Assembly: GCA_951406725.2 (NCBI GenBank)
Contig: OX597817.1
Location: forward strand, 99,262,001 to 99,326,000
Length of the DNA: 64,000 nt
Reading direction: 5' to 3'
Source: Octopus vulgaris
Lineage: Eukaryota
The position numbers were made by a program, and so were the translations under genes. The notes under the pieces are model-generated. The model had not been told where the DNA came from, searched no databases, and saw only the letters and a program-made list of their open reading frames with translations. Within the stretch, counting starts at the first letter, position 1. Each line of letters begins with the position of its first letter. Shown piece by piece: positions 51,731-64,000 of the stretch.

Positions 51731-54659
51731 TTTTTCTACACTAATAAACCATTATTGTTCCTCAAAGTTGTTTTTTCTTTATGTACTATATCTTCTACGC
51801 ATTGCTTGAAGCCTACTAACTTCCTACACCTTGATCCTTGTCCAATGGACGTGGTGATAATTTGAACACACTCACCGCCAACATTTCCACTCATTATATA
51901 TATATATAATTTTAAATTTATTTCTAGCATATGGGTGTCCACATAGTGGTTTCCCTCTAACATATATATATATATATATATTATTTACAGTTTTAAAAAT
52001 CTTAACTTTTTTCATTGTATGCAAGTTAACAATCACTGACGATTTAACCTGAAGTAAGCTCTGATAGAACAGACATACCTATGATTTCTTTGCCATTCCA
52101 GCCATTACTATATCGTTTTCTGGGGGGGGGGGATTCTGGAATTGTACACCGAACAATGTTGCTTTTTCTGAGACAGTAAAAATTTACAGGAGATTTGACT
52201 GCGTTTTTTAGCAAGCCAAGTGACCATGTAGGATTGCCTCGTTTGTGATCAGTGTTGTCCAACCGAGCAATTGTCTATAAGGAACAATCAAACCTATGAT
52301 CATCTTTTTTTTTTTTTAACATTTAACACTACACTGGCCTATGTGTCCTTCATGTTTTAAATCGGTAGCATGTGAACTTTACTACGTCTAGCAGCCCAAC
52401 GCCTGTGTAGATCTCTCGTTGGCTCAGTTGTTTAGATATGCAACAGCGAAATGAAACATATTTACCTATTGGTAAAAAGAAATATAATCGTAATTCAGTA
52501 GATATATGTCTACACAGAAGTACAGAACAATCATAACATTTAATATTTTAAAATATAACCAATTAATCTACTGTACGTTACGTTTAAATCAATGACACAA
52601 AATTATATTTCTTCGACTCACAAGTTCCAAACATTAAATATTTCGCCTCGTAGATCTGGACTGTCACAATAATATAAACTGTTGCGCATATAAATTAGCA
52701 GTCGCTATAGCCAGCTTTAAATTACCCGCACCCTTTTCAGTAGTTATTCTATATAATTACTTGCTAAGCTTATTCTCTTTGAATATTACAATCAAAAGTT
52801 TAAATAGTGTTTACCTAAAGTATAAATTATTGAATGAAAATGTTTAATTATTTCAAAACATTATTTCTTTCACCATATACTAATTTCGCAACGAATATTT
52901 TTGTTTTCTGTGTATTTTGTAAGTTTTGTAGACAAAACTTAAATATTACCTGCAACTGTTCTTTTACATAGGGTATCACACATGTAATAAATACTGTCTG
53001 TAGAAAAACTTCAATCAAGTGAGATCATCCACGCAATCAGTAGACAAAAACACCCTGGATAGGTACTAAAAGTATATTTCTTAAACAGCAAACTGTTTCC
53101 AAGTACATTTATTTGTACTGACGATCAAACTTACGCTTAGTTTATATATTATTTTCACTTATCGTAAATTTCGTTTGCTAGTCCGCTTTGATTCGTCAAA
53201 GGATCGTTTACAACTTTTTCGGAATCGTATTATTTTTCAAAAGTAATCCAGAGTATGAGGGAATTTACAAAAATAATTAGTTTTTCCATAATCCAATTGG
53301 TTTTTGAAACATAAAATGTTCCTGCATAAAATTATGGAATATTTTAATATAAGTATGAGGTCCCTAAAACAAAAGTGTTCTGTATTATACTAGAACAGGA
53401 GTCTTGGTGGGGATACACACCGGTGAACGGAAATAAAGTCAGTGAAAAATTTCATAATTTTGGTTTGGGAAAAATGTCACTTTTCATTTAAATAAATATA
53501 TAATATGTAGGTAATTAAACAAATAATATTTTAGGTTGCTCATTAACAGACAATACAATTTACATATATAAATGAGATTTACACGTACATGAAAAAGTCG
53601 CGTTTCATTTCAATAACTTTTTTTTTAATAGAAATAACAACCAAGTCATTTAGTATATGACTTTATTTTTGAAAAGTTTTGAGTTTTTCTTTTCGTATTG
53701 ATCAGGTATTGCGGAGTTATTTTTAAGAATCCGCGGAAAATTGTCACAAGAAAAAAAAATCAATGATATATTTTTTTCCTTGTTTCATTGAATAAAACTT
53801 TTTCTTTTCATGAGAAATGCCATTACAAAAATTGTATTAAGATTGTACATACAAGTTATGTTTAGAAATGACTTAAGATATTATTTTAATTATTTAAATT
53901 TTTATGGTATTTAAATGAAATGTAACAGTTTTTCAACTCACTTTCCTTTACAAGCTAAAATTGTGACTTTTTCTGTGATTTTTACCACTTTGACTTTATT
54001 TACATTCAGCAGAAAAAATACGACCGTAACCTATATTTTGCAACTGGAAGTTTTGAAAAGTAGTATTTCAAATTTTTATCAATTATAGCATGCCATTCTA
54101 ATAAAGAAAAGGGCTGTAATAAAATTTTATTATTCAACTCAGCTTACTCTCCGAATAGTCGGAATTAACCGAAATTCCTTTGCTAATTTTCATTCCGGGA
54201 AGCAAATTTTACAGCAACTGCTATCAGATTTATTTTGTCTGTGATGCAAAATTATAGCCAGAGAGTTTATTCTTGTATCAGCTTTGATTAGTGTCGTCAC
54301 GGGGCATATCCACATTAACATTCAAATGAATTCTAATTTATATGCACGCAGATTGTAGATACAGATTAATGTTAAAAATTGGTTTCACAAAAATGAGAAA
54401 AAACTTAAATAAGATACATATTTAACAAGCTTACCTTTATAATTCGCTGATGGCTTTAGCCTTTCCAAAAGATCTTTGCTTTACAAAATTTATAATTCTT
54501 TGCAGTGACACTCGATTCACTTACATTGTAACATCTTGTAGGGACAGTCAACTTTTGATTTTTTAAAAATTTTCCTCATTTGTCCCTTGAACATTCATTG
54601 AGAAAAAATTATTATGAGCCAGTAAGCTGAACAAGTTCTCGTATAAAATTAGCAACTCT

Positions 54660-55545
54660 GAGAATTGGGTTAATGTTGACATTATTACCCGGAAATGAAA
54701 TCGAAAAAAAAAAAATAATAATAATAGTGCAACGGGTGTAAAAAAAAAAAAAAGGTTTAGGAAACGAAATATGAAAACAAAAATGCACGGAAAACAACGG
54801 GGCGCGGGAAGAGGCCTTCGGAAAATTCACAAGATCCGATGTTTTTTCCCTCATAACTTTTAGGAAAATGAGTATTTTTTTTAATGAAATTTCATATAAA
54901 TATCTTTCAAACGGTATAGATTACGATTATAAAGAAATTTGTGGGGAAAAGCTTTTCTGAGGGGGTGGGGAGAATACTTCGGAAAATTCACAAGATCCGA
55001 GTTTTCCCTCGTAACTTTGGGGAAAATATAATCTTTTTGAAATTACAAATTAGGCTTTTCCTCAGAAACTTAAATGCTAAATATCCCTTTGAAGGGTTCG
55101 GGTCCTTCTACTATGTGTGTGTGTTTATAGTAGAGTAAGGACCCGAACCCTTCAAAGGGATGTTTAGCATCTAAGTTCCTAAGGAAAAACCTAATTTGTG
55201 ATTTCAAAAGGATTATATTTTCCTGAAAGTTACGAGGGAAAAACTCGGATCTTGTGAATAGAAAATATTTTCCCCACAAATTTCTTTATAATTGTAATCT
55301 ATACCACTTCAAAGGTATTTATATAAAACTTCATTTAAAAAAAACCATTTTCCTATTAGTTATGAAGGAAAAACATCGGATCTTGTGAATTTTTCCGAAG
55401 GCCTCTCTCCCCCACCCCACCCCACCCCTGCTGCCTTCCAGGCATTTTTGTTTTCATATTCGTTTCCTATACCTTTTTTTAGACCTGTTACACTATATTT
55501 TAATTTTGTTTTCGGGTTATAATGTCAGCATTAACCGAGAATTTG
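54660..55545. mobile_element. Foldback/MITE-like element, ~430-bp imperfect inverted arms
   Basis: GAAGGGTTCGGGTCCTT..AAGGACCCGAACCCTTC centre near 55120; AAAATTCACAAGATCCGA mirrored twice in each arm. Confidence 0.85.
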
Positions 55546-55669
55546 TTAAATACTATTTTTCATAGCTTTATTTGTCCTGTTCGATTTAAAAAACAAAAAT
55601 AATGGCCCCTAACAAAAAAGAACAGTCGTCAATATTTTTACCCCCTTATTTAATGATTCCACTTGTTCC

Positions 55670-56050
55670 CATATTGGTTTCAGTTTTTGGCACAAGGCTA
55701 GTAAGTTCGAGAGAAGGGGTAACTTGATTACATCCACCCCAGTGCTCAGCTGGTACTTATTTTATCGAACCCGAGAGGGTGAAAGATAAAGTCGACCTTG
55801 GTGGAATTTGAACTCAGACCGTAAAGACGGACAAAATACCTATTTCTTTACTACCCACAAGGGGATAAACACAGAGAGGACAAACGGATTAAGTCGATTA
55901 TATCGACCCCAGTGCATAACTGGTACTTATTTAATCGACCCCGAAAGGATGAAAGGCAAAGTCGACCTTGGCGGAATTTGAACTCAGAACGTAGCGGCAG
56001 ACGAAATACCGCTAAGAATCTCGTCCGGCGTGCTAACGTTTCTGTCAGCT
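55670..56050 (-). mobile_element. Two tandem SINE fragments with a Meta-like central domain
   Basis: GGTACTTATTT(T/A)ATCGA..CCGA(G/A)AGG..GAAAG..AAAGTCGACCTTGG..GGAATTTGAACTCAGA twice (B box on minus strand). Confidence 0.7.
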
Positions 56051-56178
56051 TGATGACTGAAACTTGTTCCTTTATTGGAAGAGTATTTTTGTAGCTTCAA
56101 TGTAAAATCATGAAATCCATTTCACAAGATAGCCATATATTATGCCGCAATAATTATCCACTTCTAATTCGAATTTTG

Positions 56179-56905
56179 GGATCTTTTCCTTTTGAACGGC
56201 AGTTTTCAACACAATTTCTAGTTAACTAAACACTTTTAAACTTCGTATACTGGTAGAATGTGTCAAAGTAAAACATTTTTTTTCTCTTGGCTTTCTTGAG
56301 AAAATTGTAATTTGTAAGTTTAACGTAGTTTAATTTTTCGAATTTTAACCAATCCTATGGCCTCTATTGAGCTAAAATCATTTGCTGCGTCTAAAACTGA
56401 GACAACATCCTGTCACCTAACCCTAACTCTAACCCTAAATTTTATAATTCGGTTTATTTTTCTTAATTGTTAAATTAATTTTTTGTTATGCGTGTGTCTA
56501 AAATTATTCGTTTTGTTTTTGTTTTGAGTCTTTGCTTTCGTTTTAGCCTTACGTTTTTTTTTTTCTTAATTGTTAAATTAGAATTATTTTCCATTGCTTT
56601 CGTTTTAGTCTTTCGTTTTTTTTCTTAATTGTTATCCTTAAATTAATTTAATAATTAAGAAAAAAACGAAAAGCTAAAATTTAGGGTTAGGGTTAGTGAC
56701 AGGACGTTGTCTGTTTTAGACGCAGCAAATGATTTTAGCTCAATAGAGGCCATAGGATTGGTTAAACTTACAAATTACAATTTTCTCAAGAAAGCCAAGA
56801 GAAAAAAATGTTTTATTTTGACACATTCTACCAGTATACGAAGTTTAAAAGTGTTTAGTTAACTAGAAATTGTGTTGAAAACTGCCGTTCAAAAGGAAAA
56901 GATCC
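56179..56905. mobile_element. MITE with ~260-bp TIRs ending in telomere-like repeats
   Basis: GGATCTTTTCCTTTTGAACGGCAG..CTGCCGTTCAAAAGGAAAAGATCC; flanks CGAATTTTG and CAAACTTTG (7/9 match, possible TSD). Confidence 0.88.
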
Positions 56906-57050
56906 CAAACTTTGTTCCCTGTTAAGATAAGACTTGATAGTTAAAGCGTAAACTTTTCACTATTCCTTTTACATGTTTATGAGGATTTCAGAATATTCTT
57001 GGAGAAGATCCAGCGAGTTTTAGAACTGTAACAATTTTTTTTTTTAAATT

Positions 57051-57671
57051 GGATCTTTTTTGTTTGGCTCACACTTTTTGAGATTTTAAAATTAAGTAAA
57101 AGTAAAAATGTTCCTATTTGGTATTTTAACGTGCTTTTTCACACTGAATCTGATCTTATTCTTGCCCCAGAAAAATTTTAGAAAACTGTAACAGGTTTAA
57201 AGTTTGATTATTTTAATTCAATCAGAAAACAGGATTTTGAAGCTGTGGTTTTCTGTGTGATAGCTGTCTATGACAACGTAACACAAAACATTACCAGTTT
57301 ATGTAAACAATCTGGAGTTTGTCAAACAAATTACAATTTTGGTATCTTCTACCAAAAACTCACTGCTCAGGTAGCACCCTTTCTTGTCTTCAGAAGACTA
57401 TTTTGTCCATCTCAACACCCTTCCCATAGAAGATGATATCTTGGCTTGTTATTATGTTAATAGACACCAATATGTCTGTGGCTTTTGATTGGTTAAAATT
57501 ACCTAAGATTTGCAAATTTTCAAAACTATTAACTTTTTATTTATTAGTTTAAAGCAAAAATGAATTTCATTTCCATAATTAGCATACAAAACTACATCAA
57601 TACACCAAATATGAAATCAATTAGAACAAAATTAAATTAATTGAAAAGTGAGAGCCAAATAGAAAAGATCG
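57051..57671. mobile_element. Non-autonomous DNA transposon with short TIRs
   Basis: GATCTTTTTTGTTTGGCTCACACTTTT..AAAAGTGAGAGCCAAATAGAAAAGATC. Confidence 0.65.
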
Positions 57672-58520
57672 AAGTCTTTTAACTTTTCAGTTCCAACAGT
57701 ATAAATGAAAATTTAATGGCAATAACTTCAACATCACATGACTTTCATTAGGTGCAGTTTGCTCATGATATCTGACTCTGTATCAAGAGATTTGGTATCG
57801 AATCCCTGCTACAACATTATACACACCTCTGTGCAAAAACCCATCAAAGACTAGTTTTTCTGTAAAAGCTGGGGCCTCACTTGGAAATGCCATAAAAAAT
57901 CAAATCGTTTTAATCTTTCACTATCAGTGAAATTGAGTATGGAGCAATGAAAATTACTTACAGTTGTGAAATCGAAAAATACTAGTAGAAGTTCTTTCAC
58001 GCTGTTAGTTCTATCATAAAATCATTTTATCTGAACAACTGATGATACTGTACTGTGTGGAAAGCAGTAACTTCTGCAGTTACTATCTTGTATATTCTTT
58101 TAATCAAGAAATATGATATTTTTGTTGTTCAGTGACCCTAGAATAGTAGGCATTGTTTATACTTTGCTGTTTCTCTATGCGACTTCCCACCACATTCAGT
58201 TTTGAAAACACAATTACATACTCCGCAATCAACTTCAAAACAACCTTTTTCTTGTTAAAGAATTTTTCACCTTTTAGAATATTCATCGCAAAATTTATTT
58301 TTACTTTTCGGCATTTGGGAGTAAAATAATTTGGAGGTTAGTTAGAAAATACTAATGCACATGGGAAATGCACAAAGTAAAACCCATAACATGCATACTG
58401 AAAAGTGGGGACAGCAAGGTTCTCGTTTGCATCAGTCATGTGAAAACACACGCACAGCATGCGAACGGTGACTGCTTAACCCGTGATAATAGCACACAGT
58501 GAAGCAATATAGATCTACTA

Positions 58521-59764
58521 CGAGGGACGTTCAATAAGTAATGCCCTTCACCCACTTCCCATAGCAGTAGAGCAACGAAACTTGGCACATTATTAGTCTT
58601 TTTCTACATAAGAACCACCCAGAGTTATGCATCGTTTGATGCAGCTCTGGAGACCGTTTTTGTAGAAGACCCTAGCTTGGTCCTCTGGGAAACGCTTTCC
58701 TTTCAAAAACAACTTCATGGCTGGGAAAAGGTGAAAATCAGAGGGTGCAAGGTCAGGAGAGTAAGAGGGATGGCGGAGGAGTTCATAGCCGCACGCCTGT
58801 GCTTCTGATCTGGCGACACGTGAGTTGTGGACCGGAGTGTTTTCCTGCAGGAGGAGGATGCCTTTGCTGATCTTACCCCGCCTCTTGATTTTGATAGCTT
58901 CTCTTAATTTCCTCAAAAGTGAAGCATAATAGGCTCCTGTAATTTTGGTACCCTTTGCCAGGAAATCTGTCATCACTACTCCGTCCTGGTCCCAGAAGAC
59001 TGTGAGCATGACCTTGCCAGCGGAGGGCTGCACCCTTGCCTTCTTTGGAGGAGGGGAGTCACGGTGCTTCCACTGCATTGACTGGGCTTTGATCTCTGGA
59101 TCATAGTGATGGACTCAGGTTTCATCCTGTGTAATCAGTCTTTTGAAACATTTTGACTCATCTTCTTGGTACATCTCCAAATTCATCCTCGAGTACTCGA
59201 CGCATTCTTGCTTCTGGAAAGGTGTGAGCAGCCTGGGAATCCATCTGGCAGACACCTTTTGCATATGCAAATGGTCATGAATGATAGTTTCCACAGACCC
59301 GGTACTAATCTTGACCTCATGGGCTATTTGGCGAATAGTTATGCGTCGATCTTCCAAAATGGCAGTCTCAACTTGACGGACAGATGCCTCATCAATGGCA
59401 GAAGTGGGGCGACCAGATCTGGGAACTGTTTCCACAAAGTTCCGACCATATTTGAATTCACGATGCCAGCGTTTTACAAGGTCATATGATGGGGCATCAT
59501 CACCATAAGTTACTTTCATTTCATCAAAAGTCTCCCGTGGTGTGCGTCCTTTCAAATACAAAAACCGGATCACTGCTCGACACTCAACAGGCTCCATTTC
59601 ACACTTGACTCAGTTCAAACACCTGTAAATCAGAAACCACAATTAGTTCAGAGCTGTAATTTGCCACTTAATCTATAGAGATATAAATAATTGGACATGC
59701 AAAATTTCAGCTAGATTAAACAACTGCAAGTGGGTCAGGGGCATTACTTATTGAACGTCCCTCG
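58521..59764 (-). mobile_element. Mariner DNA transposon, complete termini
   Basis: ~37-bp TIRs CGAGGGACGTTCAATAAGTAATGCCC, TA target duplications at 58519-58520 and 59765-59766. Confidence 0.97.
58593..59597 (-). pseudogene. Mariner (DD34D) transposase pseudogene
   Basis: WIPRLLT, ITQDET*VH (W to stop), ENTPVH (D to E), YSPDLAPSDFHLF; short C-terminal deletion. Confidence 0.93.
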
Positions 59765-60859
59765 TATAACCTGTCGGAAAACAAAGAGTAACTGAGAATC
59801 AGAATTCAAATTGGAGCCAATCCACTGCCAGGAACTGAAACACCTGTATGAGGCTAGGATTTTATTTATTTATTTATTTGACAGTGCTTTCTTGTTTGCA
59901 AAAATGTTTTCTTGTTTGATCTCAATCAAGCAATCAAATGTATCATCTTGGCGTTTACTGACCTTGCTATTCAAGACTTTATAAAGACTTCTATAAAAAT
60001 AGACAAAGACAAGCTAGTTAATTAGTTGGTACCTAGCTTTCAAGCAGAACACAACTAAAGCAACAACTGGCTATTGGTCATAGGCCGAGAGGAGATGCTA
60101 CCACAACTTATCGACTATTACAAACACCATCACTATCGACACAAAACAGCAAGTAACAGTTGTCAAAGAATAACTTGCAATGAATACAACCAGTTATGCC
60201 AAGTCATTTAGCTAACGACAAAACTGCTATACTAGTTAGACTTCTTACTACCCACCATCCCATTCACATATACTCCTAACAATTCAATCACTCTAACACA
60301 TATACACCACTAACAGCAGTCACACACAAACATAATTACAATGACACACTGATCCAAAGAATTTTTTCTACTCATTTCATCCCTGGAGTTGTAGCAGTTT
60401 CAACCAATTTTAATTGCGTTTAAAAAAACAGAAAATAGTTTTAATCCCAGAAAAGAATCATCAATTATTCCTACACAAACACTTTGCTCTTTTTTCATAT
60501 CCAATTCGCCAAATTCTCACCATCGTCATATTAAACTTAAATGCTTATAATTAGCCACCAACATTTAACAATCAGCAGCCTCCTGGGAGATTCACTATGA
60601 CCAAACCCATCAACAATAGTGCTGAGGTCCATATTTCCACAACATACATCCGAAAGATCACAAACCTTTTTACTCACTTAAAAATGTGTGAAATACATTT
60701 TCAAAATGACTTTTATCGCTTTGCAACTCGCATTACACCATATAATCTCTTTTCTTTTTTGTTTTGGGCACATACCACCGGCTCTTCACCGGGTTCTCCA
60801 CTCTCACATTCTCCAAGACATCTTACATCATAGCCATAGTTTTCTCCCCCACTTTGTCG

Positions 60860-62860
60860 CTCCAGTTCACTCCTTCAGCTCGTCTCTTACTGTGGTTTGC
60901 ACGCCATTTGGAACCTGCAACAGGAGAGAGCTCTACCAGTTTCCCTCACATTGATAATAGCTCTCACCTATTCATATCCTTGCTCGGCTCTGAAATCTCA
61001 TTTCCTCTCCGGAACGAGCTTATCTGCTTTATCTCATTCAAGCTTGAGACCCAGTGCAGTACCTCCTTCTATAGCCTCTGATGGATTTGCAATCAACTTA
61101 AACCTTCTCAGATGATCCATAATTTCCCCTGCCAACACCTCACACTTATCTACCAGAATGTAATCAATGTAGGAACTAGTAGCCTGATCCACCTTGGCTA
61201 TCTTCCCCAAGATTGCCTTGAGAACCGTCGCCTTAATTTTTGGTGCTAGACTCAAACCGAATTTCAACCAAGTCATACAGTATGTTCTGCTCTTGTACCA
61301 CACCAGCTGGTACCTCCACAGCTTCTCAGACACATGGAGCTGCAGATATGCCAACTTGAGATCAACACTCGTAGTCGTACCTGTCATCTGCCTTCACTCC
61401 CACAAAGTTTCCCCACAGACGTATGCTTCTTCGCCGGCCATAAGACACGACATGTACTCCCCAAAATCTAGCACTGATAGGACTTTATTCTGGCAGCATA
61501 TTACTCTGAACTTCCTCTTTCTACAGCATTAATATAACCTCTCCTAGCCACCTGCCCACCTCTCTCTCGAACTCATTCCTAGCCTCCCTTTTCAGGGTGT
61601 ACTTGTAGCAATTTACCCTGTTTCTGAACATGAAGGTACTAACCATTGTTTGCTGTTGAACTTAGCCCAGAAAACCCCCATCTTCTTGTCTATTGTATCC
61701 CTTCTTTCTAAACTTGACCTATCGATCCTACAGCCTTCTTCCACGTCATGCTTACAGTAAGAGGTACGCTGTTCACCATATTCCACTTATATTTTGCCAA
61801 TCATCATACCACCCAGTCAGCCAATCATGCCATACCTACAACTACATCAACACCATCCACTACCTCAACGACAACAATCGCCAGTATTTTTATCAATGTT
61901 CCTAGTACCTCCGTCTCCACTGGAAGCGCAAGCTCTTGTTGATACGGGATGAATAACAACCTTGAGAGCTGGAGTGTGATGGCAGAGAGGTTAGATGTAG
62001 AAGGCTTCTACATCTAACCTCTCTGCCATCACACTCCAGCTCTCAAGGTTGTTATTCATCCCGTATCAACAAGAGCTTGCGCTTCCCTTGGCCCCATCAG
62101 AACCCTTATTACAGGCAATGAACGTGGGTGTGCCTCTAATCGATTGTCAGGCCAGCTACCAGCATTTCCCTGTTTGCAATAGCTCACTATGTACTCGGGC
62201 AGGTCACACTGGTAACATACCACTTCAGATTTTGGTTCCTCGCAATCTCTGACCATGTGAGAACCCCGACACCCAAAACACTGTCAATTAAAAGTCTATC
62301 TTGCTTCTTCCACAATACTCTGGTTTTTGCTATTTGCCACCTGCCCCTTCATCCTACAAGTCTCTTGTCATCACCATTGCCTGACATTTATATATGTCAT
62401 TCTGCATCAATATGCATTATTTACTAAATTGCCCACCGACATTGTGTTGATGTCCGGCAGCTGCTACAAACTCACTGAGATATGGTTGAGAATCCAATCA
62501 CAAAAGCCAACTTCACAATTCTCTCCGCTACTCTGCCAATAAATCCAGTTTGCCTAGTCAGTTTCCTTATCTCACTCCTATAATCTTCTACTTTCTCCCC
62601 TGTCCATTTCACTCTCCCCAGTTTCTTGTATGCTTTAAAAGTTCTTTCTATATATGCATCCTTCAATTGCTCTTCAGTCTTTTTTACCTTTAACTGATCT
62701 GCTTCAGCCATCTCTAAATACAAATTCAAAACACTAACTTCTACATACAGTGACATAAAACTGGTGACTCGTGTATGCCCTGCAGTTTTGCAACGAGCTT
62801 CACTTTCTTTTCAGCTCACTAGAAAATAGTTTCAAAACTTCGCCACTGATCCTATCCACA
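60860..62860 (-). mobile_element. Degenerate Ty3/Gypsy-like LTR retrotransposon internal region (gag, zinc knuckles, protease, RT)
   Basis: CFGCRGSHMVRDC, CYQCDLPEYIVSYC, ALVDTG, VDLKLAYLQL..KFGLSLAP..SYIDYILV. Confidence 0.85.
61922..62086. repeat. Perfect inverted repeat, 82-bp arms with 1-nt spacer
   Basis: GGAAGCGCAAG...GTAGAAG G CTTCTAC...CTTGCGCTTCC, centre 62004. Confidence 0.95.
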
Positions 62861-63019
62861 TGGCCATATTGAATGTCAACAGTAGAAAAGAAGAAACAAT
62901 TCCCACAACAGAAAAACATGCCGAAATATCACGTAGATTCGACAGCAAAAGTAAAATGCTCTTACCTTTTGACGTGCTTCAGAGATGAAATCTAGTCTCC
63001 ACTAAAATTAGAAAAAGAT

Positions 63020-63248
63020 TGTTGCAAGAACCCAAATGCTTATGCTTCACAACCACTGACCAGAAACTACTTTTCCTGAATTCACTTCACACTATTGATC
63101 ACCTCGGATGTCCTGTGAAGAAAGAGGCTGATCAAATCCTGCACTTCTCTATGTAACGTCACTTCCTCCATTGCTTCTGGTCCTGCCATGTCCCTTCCTC
63201 TCTCACTTCTGGGTCCTGATATTTCCCTGCACTCTTCCACATTATACA
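63020..63248 (-). mobile_element. Candidate 5' LTR of the Gypsy remnant
   Basis: Minus strand reads TGTATAA...TGCAACA just upstream of gag; no second LTR or clear PBS seen. Confidence 0.3.
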
Positions 63249-64000
63249 AGTTAAATTCTTATTCTTGAACATTTCTTTGCATGATTATTCCTTGTCAGCA
63301 ACGGAAACGCAAATACTTACAGCATAACTCTTATTCTACTCTCCCACCTCAAATACACATACAGATATATACATGGGCACCTACTATGTGTCGCTCAAAT
63401 ATAAACAACCATTTTACTATCGTCCAATTACTCTTATCACAGAGTGAAATGTCCTTTACTGTCATATGACCCTACATCGTCGGAATGTTGCAGAGAACTG
63501 AAAAAATTATATGACTGCTTTTGCGGCCGTTTTCAGCCATTCAGACAACTTACGATATGTTCGTCTTCTGATGATTAGATTCTAGAGCCCATTTCCTCAA
63601 TACATGGTACTATTTTTGATCAAGAAATTAGACCCGGTCAATTATTGTGTGATCCTACATTGTAAACTGTCCGTATATGTATTCTTTGGCATGAATATTT
63701 TTTATACCTTACATACATGCACATGAACTCTGCACAAAAATATAATTTTTTGTTATCTACAAAATTTTATTACTGTTGCTAATAAGCAATAATTATTTGT
63801 CAACTATTTTATCAAGAACCCGTTTGAACTATAACACTAGAAATGTTCTCTCGGTTTAGATTGTTGTTTCAAATAATCTTTACATTATGTGAACAATATA
63901 TCGTGTGAAGGAATTGTATAGTTGCCTTTGGTAGTGGTTCGATATGTATTTATACTGGTACACTGGCTGTTTGCATTTACCTTCAATTTATCTGTTTTTG

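Noticed and set aside
54420-54560. Possible host exon (AGGTAAG donor on minus strand)
   Set aside because: No convincing acceptor, reading frame or recognisable protein
58104-58286. 60-aa ORF as a transposase or host exon
   Set aside because: No diagnostic motif recognised
63568-63600. CTGATGA hammerhead core
   Set aside because: No stem II closed by GAAA and no stem I partner

Overview
AT-rich eukaryotic intergenic/intronic DNA almost entirely made of transposable elements and (TA)n/(CA)n microsatellites. The SINE types and repeat landscape look like a cephalopod (Octopus) genome, though that is inference. No host protein-coding gene is supported; the many 'YIYIYI' ORFs are microsatellite artefacts. 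Contents: five Penelope-like retroelements (three Neptune-type, two Naiad-type), several short Penelope pseudo-LTR or retrozyme-like units, CR1-type and RTE LINE fragments, bipartite RTE-derived SINE-like elements preceded by tandem monomer arrays, tRNA-derived SINEs, a near-complete mariner, a Gypsy remnant, a solo LTR and several foldback/MITE elements. Main hidden signals read from the sequence: (1) about 14 copies of minimal type I hammerhead ribozymes from about 9 families, including non-canonical cores (U3-A8 covariation, U4C, A6U); (2) a Penelope-like element with a separate coiled-coil ORF1 joined to an intact RT/GIY-YIG ORF2 by an in-frame HIV-type U UUU UUA -1 slippery site; (3) ORF-less, ribozyme-bearing circularly permuted units inserted in (TA)n.
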